Source: Candidatus Eiseniibacteriota bacterium (GTDB taxonomy: Bacteria > Eisenbacteria > RBG-16-71-46). Taken from it: a stretch of 64,000 nt of DNA. Position 1 is the first letter of the stretch; each line of letters begins with the position of its first letter. The stretch spans positions 320,001 through 384,000 of the forward strand of contig OY970178.1 of the NCBI GenBank assembly GCA_963707915.1. Reading direction: 5' to 3'. This document shows, one piece after another, positions 7,800-17,653 of the stretch. The notes under the pieces are model-generated. The model made no database searches and had not been told where the DNA came from. It saw only the letters and a list, made by a program, of their open reading frames with translations. The position numbers and the translations under genes were made by a program.

Positions 7800-10057
7800 T
7801 GTCCGTGACCCCCGAACCCGCCACGCTGGACCTGCGCCAGCTCATCCGCGTCCTGCTGCGCCGCCGGTGGCTGTTGGTCCTGCCCTGGATCGCGGCCTCG
7901 CTGGTGGGCGTGGCCGCCGCGTTCCTGCTCAAGCCGGTCTACGTCAGCCAGGTCACGCTGGTGCTGGAGCAGCCGCAGGCGCTCACCGGGCCGCTCGGCG
8001 GCATGGTGGGCGGCGGGGTGAGCGGCGACCAGCAGGCCGAGATGATGCGCGCGCACCTGCTCAGCACGCCGTTCCTGCACAGCGTGATCAGCGCGGCCGG
8101 CCTGAGGACCGACGCGGCGGCGCGGGCCTGGGCGCTGACCGGCGCGAAGCGGTATCCGGGGCTGACCCCGGACCAGCAGGTCGAGGCGTTCCTGACCGAC
8201 TACCTGCGCGGCGTCATCGAGGTGCGGCGCGAGCGGGGGGACGTGTTCGAGATCTCGGTCGGCGATTTCGAGCGCGAACGCGCCCAGCGGCTGGCCCGGT
8301 CGGTCAGCAGCCAGTTCGTGATGGTCTCGAAGGCGGCGCAGCTCGAGGCCACGCGCGGCACCCAGGTCTTCTCGGTCGAGCAGCAGGAGGTCTACCGGCG
8401 CAAGCTGGTGGAGAGCGAGGCGCGTCTCGAGGCGGCCTCGCGCGCGGCGCAGGGCAGCAGCCTGCCGCAGGTGGACGCCACCAACGCGACGCGCGCCCGC
8501 GGGCTGCTCGAGCAGGCCAACCTCGAGCTCGAGGAGCAGCGGCAGAAGGTCTCCGGGCTCCGGGCCCAGCTGCAGGACCGGGGACTGGCCGGCGACCTCG
8601 ACCTGATCTCGAGCCCGCGCACCACGGCGATGGCCGCGCAGCTCGCGCAACTCGACCGGCAGCTCTCCGCCGTCCTCCTGACCGAGGCCGCCCGGACCGA
8701 GCCGGGCGCCGACGGGGGCGCGGGCGTGCGGCTCCTGATCAGCCGCAAGTACGCCGAGCTCGAGGACGAGCTGGACCGCAACGCCGCCACGGCGCTGCCC
8801 GCGCTCCCGCCGGACGCGCACGAGTTGCTGGTGCGCACGCGCCTGGCGCAGGCCGACATGGGCGCCAAGCAGGCCGGGCACGACGAGATCGAGCGGCAGG
8901 TGTCGAGCTACCAGCGGGAGCAGTCGCTGTCGCCGGACCGCGACCTCGCCGTCCAGCGTCTCCGGCAGGAGGTCGAGGCGAACCGCACGCTGTACAACTC
9001 CTTCGTCCAGCAGGCGGCGGCCTCGCAGATCAGCGAAGCCTTCCAGAACGCGCGGGTCGGCGGGCGCTTCAGCGTACTCGAGCCGGCGACGCTCCCGCTC
9101 GCGCCCTCCAAGCCCAACCGCCCGCTCATCGTGATCCTGGCCTTCGTGCTGGGAGGGATCGTGGGCGTGGGGACCGTGCTGGTCGTGGAGCAGCACGACG
9201 ATTCCATGAAGGACGCCCAGGAGGTGGAGAGCCTGCTCGGGCTGCCCGTGCTGGGCGCCGTGCCGCGGGTCGGCGAGCTCGGGCGCTCCTCGCGGCGCAG
9301 CGCTCCCGGTCCGGCGGGCGGAGTGCCGATGCGGAAGGCGGGCGCCGCGGGCAACACCGACGGACTGATCCACCGGCTCAAGGTGGAGAGTCCGCTGGGC
9401 CTCGAGTTCCGGCGCATCTACCTGAAGCTGGCGAAGACCCACGGGCGGACGTTGCCGCGCACCCTGATGATCACGAGCGCGACGCGCGGCGAGGGGAAGA
9501 CCACGATCACCGCCTGTCTCGCGATCACGCTGGCCCGCGAGCTGCGCGAGAAGGTGCTGCTGGTGGACTTCGACCTGCGCAGCCCGTCGCTGCACCGGGC
9601 GCTGGGTCTGCCGAGCGCCAGCTGGGGGCTGGCCCAGATGCTCCAGGGACGCGCCTTCGACGAGCGCCACGTGCGCGCGACCTCGCTGCCGCACCTCGAC
9701 TTTCTGGCCGCGGGCCGCTCCGAACGGCCCGCGGGCGAACTGGTCGACACCGCGGCGTGCGAGTGGTTCTTCCAGGAGGCCCTGGCCCGCTACTCGATGG
9801 TGCTGGTGGACGCGCCCCCCAACCTGGCGGTGCCCGATCCGCTCATCCTCGGCCGGTCGGTCGAGGGCGTGCTCTACGTCATCAAGGCGGGCAGCACGGT
9901 CCGCAAGGCGGCCGAGTACGGGGTCAAGGTGCAGCGCGAGGCTCGCGAGAACGTGATCGGGATCCTGATGAACGACGCCGGGGAGGTGCTGCCCAGCTAC
10001 TACGGCTACCGCGCCGGGAGCTATGGCTACGCCCCGGAGGAGGCGGGCGGCGCCTGA
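7799..10057 (+). CDS. Wzc-like chain-length determinant / BY-kinase
   Basis: Two TM helices flanking a coiled coil, PSKPNR, Walker A GEGKT, LLVDFDLR, VLVDAPP, Tyr-rich tail SYYGYRAGSYGY. Confidence 0.92.
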   Translation: MSVTPEPATLDLRQLIRVLLRRRWLLVLPWIAASLVGVAAAFLLKPVYVSQVTLVLEQPQALTGPLGGMVGGGVSGDQQAEMMRAHLLSTPFLHSVISAAGLRTDAAARAWALTGAKRYPGLTPDQQVEAFLTDYLRGVIEVRRERGDVFEISVGDFERERAQRLARSVSSQFVMVSKAAQLEATRGTQVFSVEQQEVYRRKLVESEARLEAASRAAQGSSLPQVDATNATRARGLLEQANLELEEQRQKVSGLRAQLQDRGLAGDLDLISSPRTTAMAAQLAQLDRQLSAVLLTEAARTEPGADGGAGVRLLISRKYAELEDELDRNAATALPALPPDAHELLVRTRLAQADMGAKQAGHDEIERQVSSYQREQSLSPDRDLAVQRLRQEVEANRTLYNSFVQQAAASQISEAFQNARVGGRFSVLEPATLPLAPSKPNRPLIVILAFVLGGIVGVGTVLVVEQHDDSMKDAQEVESLLGLPVLGAVPRVGELGRSSRRSAPGPAGGVPMRKAGAAGNTDGLIHRLKVESPLGLEFRRIYLKLAKTHGRTLPRTLMITSATRGEGKTTITACLAITLARELREKVLLVDFDLRSPSLHRALGLPSASWGLAQMLQGRAFDERHVRATSLPHLDFLAAGRSERPAGELVDTAACEWFFQEALARYSMVLVDAPPNLAVPDPLILGRSVEGVLYVIKAGSTVRKAAEYGVKVQREARENVIGILMNDAGEVLPSYYGYRAGSYGYAPEEAGGA

Positions 10058-10150
10058 TCGCCGCCCAGGCACGGAGGCCGGTCCGGTGAAGCACGGTGGC
10101 GGGGTGGCCGCCGCGCGGAGCGCGCCGGAAGCCTTCTCGAGGAGTCGCCG

Positions 10151-10279
10151 TTGCGCATCGTCCGGCTGCTGAAGATCGTCGTCACCCACGTCCCCCGGCG
10201 GCTCGCGGCGCGGCGCGGCCGCCCGGGCCGCGAGCGCGGATCGCGCAGGCGGCCGCAGGGTTCGGGAGGGGGCGCGTGA
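10151..10279 (+). CDS. Possible 42-aa basic small protein
   Basis: GAGGAG SD, TTG start, MRIVRLLKIVVTHVPRR. The stop overlaps the next start (GTGA). Confidence 0.35.
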   Translation: MRIVRLLKIVVTHVPRRLAARRGRPGRERGSRRRPQGSGGGA

Positions 10280-11718
10280 GCGCGGGCCCCCCGAGTCTCC
10301 GGCCGGCCCCGGTCGTCGAGGCGCGCGGAGCGGCGCGGCGGCAGGCGCGGCAACTGTCCGCCGGCCTTGCGGTCGTGGTCGGCACGACGCTGGCCCTCGT
10401 GCTGGTCGTGGCCTTCGTCGCGCTCGACTACCGCTTCAACCTGGCGGCGCATCGCCTGGTGAAGCTGATGCTGGGCGGGGGCATCGCGGCCTCGATCGTG
10501 ATCTTTCCGCGCTTCGGGTTCTACCTCCTGCCCGTGGCCACGCCGTTCATGTCGTGGATGCCCCGCATCCCGTTGCCCGGCGTGAGCATCCTGAACCTGC
10601 TGTTCTTCATGGTCTTCGGGACCTGGGCCCTGGCGCGGATCTTCGCGCACGAGCCGATCGTGCGGCGCACGCGCCTGGGGAGCATCATCGTCGCCGTCCT
10701 GCTGATCTGCGGGTTCTCCATCGTGCGCGGCTCCGCGTTCCCGACCGGGTACCGTTACGACGGCGTCGAGGCGGCCTGGGGGCTGATGCGTGGCGCCATG
10801 AGCTTCGCCTACTACTTCCTCGCCTTCTGGATGGTGCGCGGCGCGAAGGACCGCCGCCGGCTGGGGTGGGCCATCGTGCTCGCACTGCTGGCCGAGGCCC
10901 TGGTGACGATCGCCTACGGGCGCAACGGGCGGAGCGGCCGCGCGATCGGTTCCTTCGGCCAGTCCAACGACCTCGGTGCCTACCTGGCGATGTTCACGGC
11001 CTTCTCGGCCGCGCTGCTGCTCGCGGCCCGCGGCTGGCTGGCGCGCATCGTGCTGGCGGCGGCGGTCGTCTCCGGGGGCGTGGGGGTCGTGCTGTCGGTC
11101 TCCCGCGGTGCGGTGGTGGCCCTGGTGGCGGCGCTGCTCCTGGTCGCGCTGCGCAGCTCCCGCGCGCTGACCCTGGTCCTGCTGGTCGTGCTCGTGACCT
11201 CGCCGCTGTGGACCCCGGACTACCTCAAGGAACGCATGATGAGCACCCAGATCGAGACCGACGCCACCGACGAGGCCGGGCTCGAGGTCTCGGCCCAGCT
11301 CCGCGTGGACACCTGGCGTGCCATCCTCAAGCTGGTGCGGGAGCACCCGCTGGACGGCGTGGGCTTCTCGGGGCTCGGCTACGTGCTGCCCGCCGCGGGC
11401 GAGGAGCTCGGGGTCAAGGTGAAGGATTCCTCGCACAACACCTACCTGCGCTTCCTGGGCGAGATGGGGGTGCTGGGCCTGGCGCTCCTCCTCCTGCTGT
11501 TCTGGCGCTGCTGGGCGCTGGCGAACGAGGGCGTGCGGCTCGCCCGCGACCGCGCCGACCGGCAGCTCGCGCTGGGGCTCGCTGCGGCCACGCTGGCGAT
11601 GGCCATCTCGTGCGCGTTCGGCGACCGCTTCTTCAGCCCGCTGATCGCGGGCAACTTCTGGATCGCCTGCGCGCTGGTGAACGACATGGTGGCCGAGCGC
11701 CGGGCGGAGCTGGCATGA
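10276..11718 (+). CDS. O-antigen ligase-like / Wzy polymerase family membrane protein
   Basis: About 12 TM helices, SVSRGA, PLDGVG, SSHNTYL (Wzy_C). GGAGG SD before GTG 10276. Confidence 0.85.
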   Translation: MSAGPPSLRPAPVVEARGAARRQARQLSAGLAVVVGTTLALVLVVAFVALDYRFNLAAHRLVKLMLGGGIAASIVIFPRFGFYLLPVATPFMSWMPRIPLPGVSILNLLFFMVFGTWALARIFAHEPIVRRTRLGSIIVAVLLICGFSIVRGSAFPTGYRYDGVEAAWGLMRGAMSFAYYFLAFWMVRGAKDRRRLGWAIVLALLAEALVTIAYGRNGRSGRAIGSFGQSNDLGAYLAMFTAFSAALLLAARGWLARIVLAAAVVSGGVGVVLSVSRGAVVALVAALLLVALRSSRALTLVLLVVLVTSPLWTPDYLKERMMSTQIETDATDEAGLEVSAQLRVDTWRAILKLVREHPLDGVGFSGLGYVLPAAGEELGVKVKDSSHNTYLRFLGEMGVLGLALLLLLFWRCWALANEGVRLARDRADRQLALGLAAATLAMAISCAFGDRFFSPLIAGNFWIACALVNDMVAERRAELA

Positions 11719-12737
11719 GCGGCCGCGCGCTGCGCTGGCTCGCGAGCCTGCTGTCGCGCCCCGCCGACCGGAGCGCGGCGAGCCTGGTCATCGTCCGGCA
11801 CCACCGCGTCTTCGGCCCGGCCGAACGTCCGCTCAACCGGCTGGGCGTGGCGGAGGACGTGCTGCGCGCCCAGCTCGCCCTGCTGGCGCGGCGCGGACTG
11901 TCTCCGGTCACGGTCTCGCGGGGGCTGGCGCGGCTGGCCGGCGGCGGGCCCGGTCGCACCGTGGCGATGACCTTCGACGACGGCTATGCGGACAACGTGA
12001 GGCGCGCCCTTCCGCTGCTCGAGGCCGCGGGGGCGCGGGCCACGTTCTTCCTCACCGCCGGGCTCATCGAGGAGCGGCGCGCGCCGTGGTGGGACGCGCT
12101 CGCGCACCTGCTCGCCACCACCCGGGCGGGGCGGCTCGAGCTCGGGGGCCGCGTCCACGAGCTGGCGGACGAGGCGGGGCGGGCGCGGGCGCTGCGCGCG
12201 CTGGTGCCGGCCTTCCGCGTCGCCCCGGTGGAGCAGCGCGCGCTGCTCCAGGACCTGGCCGGGCGCCTCGGCGTCCCGGGTGGCGCTCCCTGCGAGCTGG
12301 CGACGTGGGAGGAATGCGCCGCGCTGCGGGCGGCGGGGATGGAGGTCGGGGCGCACACGCTCACCCACCCGTTCCTCTCGACCCTGTCCGCCGCGGGACA
12401 GGCCACCGAGATCGCCGGGTCCTTCGATCTCATCGAGCGCCGGCTGGGCGAGCGGCCGAGCGGGCTGGCCTACCCGGGTGGCGACTACGACGCCGCCAGC
12501 GTCGCGGCGGCGCGCGCCGCGGGCGCATCGTGGGCGGTGACCACGCGAGCGGGGGAGAACCGCGCGGGTGCCCCGGCCTTCGAACTGCTGCGGCGGGGGC
12601 TCTCCGAGGGCGCGTGCCTGGGGCCGGGCGGGCGCTTCTCCGCGCGCTTGACGCTGGCCGAGCTGGACGGCCGGTTCGAGGGACTGCGGGCGCGTCGGGG
12701 GCCGGCCGGCGCGGGCGCGGCGGGGGTCACGGGATGA
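11715..12737 (+). CDS. Polysaccharide deacetylase (CE4/NodB)
   Basis: TFDDGY, ATFF, GAHTLTHP, LAYPGG. Confidence 0.9.
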   Translation: MSGRALRWLASLLSRPADRSAASLVIVRHHRVFGPAERPLNRLGVAEDVLRAQLALLARRGLSPVTVSRGLARLAGGGPGRTVAMTFDDGYADNVRRALPLLEAAGARATFFLTAGLIEERRAPWWDALAHLLATTRAGRLELGGRVHELADEAGRARALRALVPAFRVAPVEQRALLQDLAGRLGVPGGAPCELATWEECAALRAAGMEVGAHTLTHPFLSTLSAAGQATEIAGSFDLIERRLGERPSGLAYPGGDYDAASVAAARAAGASWAVTTRAGENRAGAPAFELLRRGLSEGACLGPGGRFSARLTLAELDGRFEGLRARRGPAGAGAAGVTG

Positions 12738-13894
12738 GCGCGCGGATCCGGGTCCTCTTCGTGGTCGGCAACTTCGTCGCGGGCGGGGCGGAGCGCCACC
12801 TGGTCGAGCTGTGGAAGCGGATCGACCGCGACCGCTTCGAGGTCGTCATCGCATGCTTCCGCCGCGAGGGCGCGTTCCTCGCGGAGGTGGAGTCGCTGGG
12901 CTGGCCGGTGCACGATCTTCGCATCGGGCGCCGGATCTACGACTCGAGCGGGATCGCGGGGCTCGTGCGCCTCGTGCACCTCGTGCGCGACGTGCGCCCG
13001 GACGTCGTCCACGGGTACCTCTTCGGCCCGAACCTCTTCGCGGTGATCGCCGGGCGGCTGGCGGGCGTGGCCGGGGTGGTGGTGGCCAAGCGCAACGTGG
13101 ACGCCTTCGAGACGCCCCGCCAGGTGCGGGTGTCGCGGGTCGCGCATCGGCTGGCCACGCACGTGACCGCGGTGAGCGAAGCGGCCGCGGATTCGGTCGT
13201 CGCGCTCGGCGTGCCCCGCGCCCGCATCACGGTGATCCCGAACGGCGTGGACGCCGCGCGCTTCGACCCGCCGGCTCCGGCGGAGGCGGCCCGGCGCGCG
13301 CTGGGCGCGGACTCCACGCCGCTGGTGGGGAGCGTCGGTTGCCTGGCCGCGCGAAAGGACTACGGCACGCTGCTCGAGGCCCTGGGGCTGCTCGCGGGCC
13401 GCGGGCTCGCGTTCCGCGCGGCGCTGGTGGGGGACGGCCCCGAGCGCGGCGCGCTCGAGGCCCGTGCCGCCGCCCTGGGGCTCGCGGACCGCGTACGCTT
13501 CCTCGGCGAGCGCACCGACGTCGACCGGCTGCTCCCCGGCATGGACGTGTTCGTGCTGTCGTCGCGGGAGGAGGGCATCCCGAACGCGTTGCTCGAGGCG
13601 ATGGCCGCGGGACGGGCCTGCGTCGCGACCGCGGTGGGCGGTACGCCCGAGGTGCTCCACGACGGGGAGACCGGCTGGCTCGTGCCGCCCGGCGCTCCGG
13701 GAGCGCTGGCGGACGCGCTCGAGCAGGCGCTCACGCAGCCCGGCGAAGCGCGCCGCCGCAGCGAGGCGGCCTGCCGCGCGGCACGCGAGGAGATGAGCAT
13801 CGAGGCGATGGCGCGGCGGCACGAGGAGTTCTACCTGCGGGCCATCGGCCGGTCGCCGGGACCGGCGCGGCGCCGGAACGGGAGGGACGCGTGA
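12734..13894 (+). CDS. GT4 glycosyltransferase
   Basis: GGAE, IPNGVD, RKD, EGIPNALLEAMA (EX7E). Confidence 0.92.
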   Translation: MSARIRVLFVVGNFVAGGAERHLVELWKRIDRDRFEVVIACFRREGAFLAEVESLGWPVHDLRIGRRIYDSSGIAGLVRLVHLVRDVRPDVVHGYLFGPNLFAVIAGRLAGVAGVVVAKRNVDAFETPRQVRVSRVAHRLATHVTAVSEAAADSVVALGVPRARITVIPNGVDAARFDPPAPAEAARRALGADSTPLVGSVGCLAARKDYGTLLEALGLLAGRGLAFRAALVGDGPERGALEARAAALGLADRVRFLGERTDVDRLLPGMDVFVLSSREEGIPNALLEAMAAGRACVATAVGGTPEVLHDGETGWLVPPGAPGALADALEQALTQPGEARRRSEAACRAAREEMSIEAMARRHEEFYLRAIGRSPGPARRRNGRDA

Positions 13895-14925
13895 GGGTCG
13901 AGACGTGGGACACGCGGCGGCCGCTCGATCCCGGGTTCGAACGGGAATGGCGGGCGTCGCTCGAGCGCTGCAGGTACGCGAACTTCTCGCTGGATCCGCG
14001 CCACCTCGCGTGGGAGGCGCAGTGCGGCCGCCACGCCCTGGCGGTGCGCGCGGTGGACGGCGGGCGCGCGGCCGTCCTGGTGATGCGCTCGCAGGGGGCG
14101 GGTCTCGTCTCGGGCTGGCCGTGGCGCTGGCAGGTGGCGGTCGAGGACCCGGCCGGCGCGGCCGGCGCCGGGCTTGCCGCGGAGGAGTGCGCCTGGCTGT
14201 TCGACCGTGCCCGGGCCGCCGCCGGGGGGCGCCGCCTGACCTGCTACCTGCCGATGACCGCGGCCGCGACCTCGACCGCGGCGGGCTTCCTCGCCGGGGC
14301 GACGCTGCTGCGCAGCCTGCAGGAGGACGACGACGGCTTCCTGCGGCACATGGACGTGAACAAGCGCCGCGCGGTGAAACGCGCCCTGCGCGAAGGCTGG
14401 GAGGTGCGCCAGGCGGCGGGCCTCGAGGAGTTGCGCAGCTTCGCGGTCATCCTGCGGGAGATGGAACTGGCGCGCGGGAAGCGCGTGCCCGAGATCCCGG
14501 CGAGCCCGCCCGGCCCGGGCGAAGGCTGGCGCATGTGGGAGCTGCCGTGGATGTGGGCGCTGGTCGCGGTCCGGGATGGCGTCATCGGGGCCGGTTCGGG
14601 CTACGGCGTGCTGGCGGGCGGGACGATGGACTACCGCTCGAACGGCTCGTCGAGCGAGGCGCGGAAGGCGGGGGTGAACACCCTGCTGGCGTGGGAGGCG
14701 ATGCGCCGGGGACGCGACCATGGTTGCCGGTGGATGAACTGGGGCGGAGTGACCGAGTTCAAGCGCGAGCTGGGAGGGGCGCGCGTCGAGATGGCCTGCC
14801 GGCTGGGGGGCGGCGCCCTCTGGGCGATCCCGAACCAGGCGGTGGTCGGGTGGCACCGGGCGCGCCGGCAGCTGGGGGCGCTCGCGCGCCGGGTGAGGCC
14901 GCACAAGGAGGGCGGAGGGGCGTGA
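13891..14925 (+). CDS. FemAB/FemX-like GNAT protein (possible EPS aminoacyl/acyl modifier)
   Basis: KRRAVKRA, NTLLAWEAMR, WMNWGG, FKRELGG pattern. EPS locus context. Confidence 0.7.
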   Translation: MRVETWDTRRPLDPGFEREWRASLERCRYANFSLDPRHLAWEAQCGRHALAVRAVDGGRAAVLVMRSQGAGLVSGWPWRWQVAVEDPAGAAGAGLAAEECAWLFDRARAAAGGRRLTCYLPMTAAATSTAAGFLAGATLLRSLQEDDDGFLRHMDVNKRRAVKRALREGWEVRQAAGLEELRSFAVILREMELARGKRVPEIPASPPGPGEGWRMWELPWMWALVAVRDGVIGAGSGYGVLAGGTMDYRSNGSSSEARKAGVNTLLAWEAMRRGRDHGCRWMNWGGVTEFKRELGGARVEMACRLGGGALWAIPNQAVVGWHRARRQLGALARRVRPHKEGGGA

Positions 14926-14939
14926 GCGGAGGACGGCGG

Positions 14940-16754
14940 ATGCGCGTGTTGTTCGTGACCCAGTACTTCCCGCCCGAGACCGGGGCGGCGCCCGCGCGGG
15001 CGCTGCACTTCGCGCGGGCGCTCGAGCGGGCCGGACACGAGGTCCGCGTGGTGACGGGGCTGCCGAACCATCCGTCGGGCGAGGTGCAGCCCGCCTACCG
15101 GCAGGTGCGGCGCGCGAGCGAGCGGGTCGGGGGAGTGGCGGTCGAACGCGTGTGGCTGCACGCCACGCCACGCAAGACGCCGCTGACCCGCCTCTGGAAC
15201 CACCTCACCTTCGCGTTCTCCGCCGCCGGGCCCGCGTTCGCCGGGCCGCGGCCCGACGTGGTGCTGGCGACCATGCCGCCGCTCTTCCTGGGAGTCACCG
15301 CCTGGCTCGCGGCGTGCCGGCACGGTGTCCCGCTGGTGTTCGACTGCCGCGACGACTGGCCGGCGGCGGCGGTCGCGCTGGGCGAGATGCGCGACGGTCT
15401 CGCCACGCGCCTGCTCGGCGGGCTCGCGCGCTTCCTCCAGCGGCGCGCGGCGCGCGTGCTCGTCGTCACGCCGGGGATGCTGCGCGCCTTCGAGCGCGCC
15501 GGTCTCGACGCGGGCCGCCTGCTGCTGGTCACGAACGGCGCCGACACCGACCTGTTCCGCCCGGCCCCGGCGGGGCCGACCGCTGCGGCCGGCGGGGCGC
15601 TCACCGTGCTCTACTCGGGGACGCACGGCCTGATCCACGGCATGGAGGCCCTGCTCGACGCGGCGGAGATCCTGCGCGCCCGCCGCGACCTGCGCTTCCT
15701 CCTGGTCGGCGACGGGGTGGCCAAGCCCGCGCTCGAGGAGCGCGCGCGCGCGGCCGGGCTCGGGCAGGTCGAGTTCCGTCCCAGCGTGGCGCCCGAGCGG
15801 CTGGTCGGGGAGATCCACGCGGCCGACGTGTGCGTGGCGACGACGCGCGACCACGCGTTCTGCGGCGAGACCATCCCGGTCAAGCTCTTCGACTACCTGG
15901 CGTGCGGGCGCCCGGTGGTGGCCGCGGTGAGCGGGGACGCGGCACGCGTGGTGGAGGAATCCGGCGGGGGCGTGGTCGTGCCTCCGGGCGACGGCGCGGC
16001 GCTGGCGGAGGCGCTCGTGACGCTCGCGGCCGATCCGGCGCGGCGCGCGGCCCTGGGCGCGGCGGGTCCCGCGTTCGTCGAGGAGCGCTATTCGCGCCGC
16101 GCGGTGGGGACGAAGCTGGTGAGCCTGCTGGAGCAGGTCGTGCGCCTGGCCCGCGGCCGGGACGTGGCGCCCCTGCCGGCGGGATCCGGCGGCGCCGCCA
16201 AGCGCGCGGTGGACGCGGTCGTGGCCGGTGGCCTGCTCGTGGTCCTCTCGCCGCTGCTGGCCCTGGTCGCGCTGGCGATCCGGCTCGATTCGCCCGGGCC
16301 GGCGCTCTTCCGCCAGCGGCGGGTGGGCCGCGCCTCGCGCGAGTTCACCATCCTCAAGTTCCGCACCATGCGCGTGGGCACGCCGGACCTGGCCTCGCAC
16401 CTCGTGGGGCCGGGCTCGGCCCGGGTCACGCGCGTCGGGCGCTGGCTGCGGCGCACCAGCCTGGACGAGCTGCCGCAACTGGTGAACGTGCTGGCGGGGG
16501 ACATGTCGCTGGTCGGGCCGCGCCCCGCGCTGCACAACCAGCACGACCTGGTCGCCCTGCGCCAGCAGGCCGGCGTGGACGCGCTCAAGCCCGGCGTGAC
16601 CGGCTGGGCGCAGATCAACGGGCGCGACGACCTCCCGCTGGACCGCAAGGTGGCGTACGACCGGTGGTACCTCGAACACCTCTCGTTCGGGCTCGACCTG
16701 GGCATCGTGTTGCGCACGCCCCTCGTGCTGTTCTCCTCGCGGGGCGTGTACTGA
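14940..16754 (+). CDS. WbuB-like GT4 fused to a PglC/WcaJ-type undecaprenyl-phosphate sugar-phosphate transferase
   Basis: TQYFPPETGA, PNHP, PVKLFDY. C-terminal KRAVD, KFRTM, LDELPQL, VGPRP, PGVTGWAQ. Alternative GTG start at 14922. Confidence 0.9.
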   Translation: MRVLFVTQYFPPETGAAPARALHFARALERAGHEVRVVTGLPNHPSGEVQPAYRQVRRASERVGGVAVERVWLHATPRKTPLTRLWNHLTFAFSAAGPAFAGPRPDVVLATMPPLFLGVTAWLAACRHGVPLVFDCRDDWPAAAVALGEMRDGLATRLLGGLARFLQRRAARVLVVTPGMLRAFERAGLDAGRLLLVTNGADTDLFRPAPAGPTAAAGGALTVLYSGTHGLIHGMEALLDAAEILRARRDLRFLLVGDGVAKPALEERARAAGLGQVEFRPSVAPERLVGEIHAADVCVATTRDHAFCGETIPVKLFDYLACGRPVVAAVSGDAARVVEESGGGVVVPPGDGAALAEALVTLAADPARRAALGAAGPAFVEERYSRRAVGTKLVSLLEQVVRLARGRDVAPLPAGSGGAAKRAVDAVVAGGLLVVLSPLLALVALAIRLDSPGPALFRQRRVGRASREFTILKFRTMRVGTPDLASHLVGPGSARVTRVGRWLRRTSLDELPQLVNVLAGDMSLVGPRPALHNQHDLVALRQQAGVDALKPGVTGWAQINGRDDLPLDRKVAYDRWYLEHLSFGLDLGIVLRTPLVLFSSRGVY

Positions 16755-17653
16755 TGGAACGCGCGAGCCCGGCGGCGGGCACGGCGGTACCTCCGGCGAC
16801 GCGCGCGTGGACCGGACGCGCCGCCGCGTGGGCGGGCGCCGTGCTGGTGGCGGCGCTGCTCGTGCTCGTCTACCGGCGCACCGCGGCCGGGCTGTGGACC
16901 GTCTGGGTCACGAACGACAACTATTCCCACGGGCCGCTGGTGCCCCTGGTCTCCCTGGCGCTGGTCGTCTCCCGTCGCGCCCGGCTGCGGACGCTGCCGC
17001 AGGCGGGCGACTGGCGCGGGCTGGCGCTCGTGGCCCTCGCCTGCGTGCTCCAGGTGCTGGGCGCGCGCGCCGACGTCCTCACCGTGCAGGGCTGGTCGTT
17101 CGTGGTGATGCTCTTCGGGCTCGCGCTCGCGCTCCTGGGCGGACCGCTCACCCGGGCGCTCGCCCTTCCCATCGGCTACCTGGTGTTCATGCTCACCTTC
17201 CCGCCGTTCGTGATGAACCGGCTCAGCTTCGCGCTGAAGGAGGTGGCGGTCCAGCTCGCGGCGCGGGCCTCCGAGCTCCTGGGCGTGAGCCTGCTGCGCA
17301 GCGGGATGACCCTCTGGGTCGCCGGCGGCACGCTCCAGATCGAGAACCCGTGCAGCGGCCTGCGTTCGTTGCTGGCGATGCTGGCGACCGGCGTGCTGCT
17401 GGCGTCGCTGTCGTCCGCGGGCTGGTGGCGGCGCGCGCTGCTGGTGGGGCTGGCGGTGCCGATGGCCATCGCGGGGAACGCCCTGCGCCTCACGCTGCTG
17501 GTGCTGACGGCGCACTACGTCGGGATCAAGCAGGCGCTGGGGACCTTCCACGACGTGTCGGGCTACCTGACCTACGGCCTCTCGGTCGCCGGGCTGCTGG
17601 CGGCCTGGGCGCTGCTCGACCCCCGTCGTCCGCGGGAGACCCGCCGGCCATGA
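16754..17653 (+). CDS. Exosortase (EpsH/Xrt family)
   Basis: YSHGPLVP, catalytic triad motifs IENPCSGLRS (Cys), GNALR (Arg) and FHD (His), about 8 TM helices. Confidence 0.93.
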   Translation: MERASPAAGTAVPPATRAWTGRAAAWAGAVLVAALLVLVYRRTAAGLWTVWVTNDNYSHGPLVPLVSLALVVSRRARLRTLPQAGDWRGLALVALACVLQVLGARADVLTVQGWSFVVMLFGLALALLGGPLTRALALPIGYLVFMLTFPPFVMNRLSFALKEVAVQLAARASELLGVSLLRSGMTLWVAGGTLQIENPCSGLRSLLAMLATGVLLASLSSAGWWRRALLVGLAVPMAIAGNALRLTLLVLTAHYVGIKQALGTFHDVSGYLTYGLSVAGLLAAWALLDPRRPRETRRP

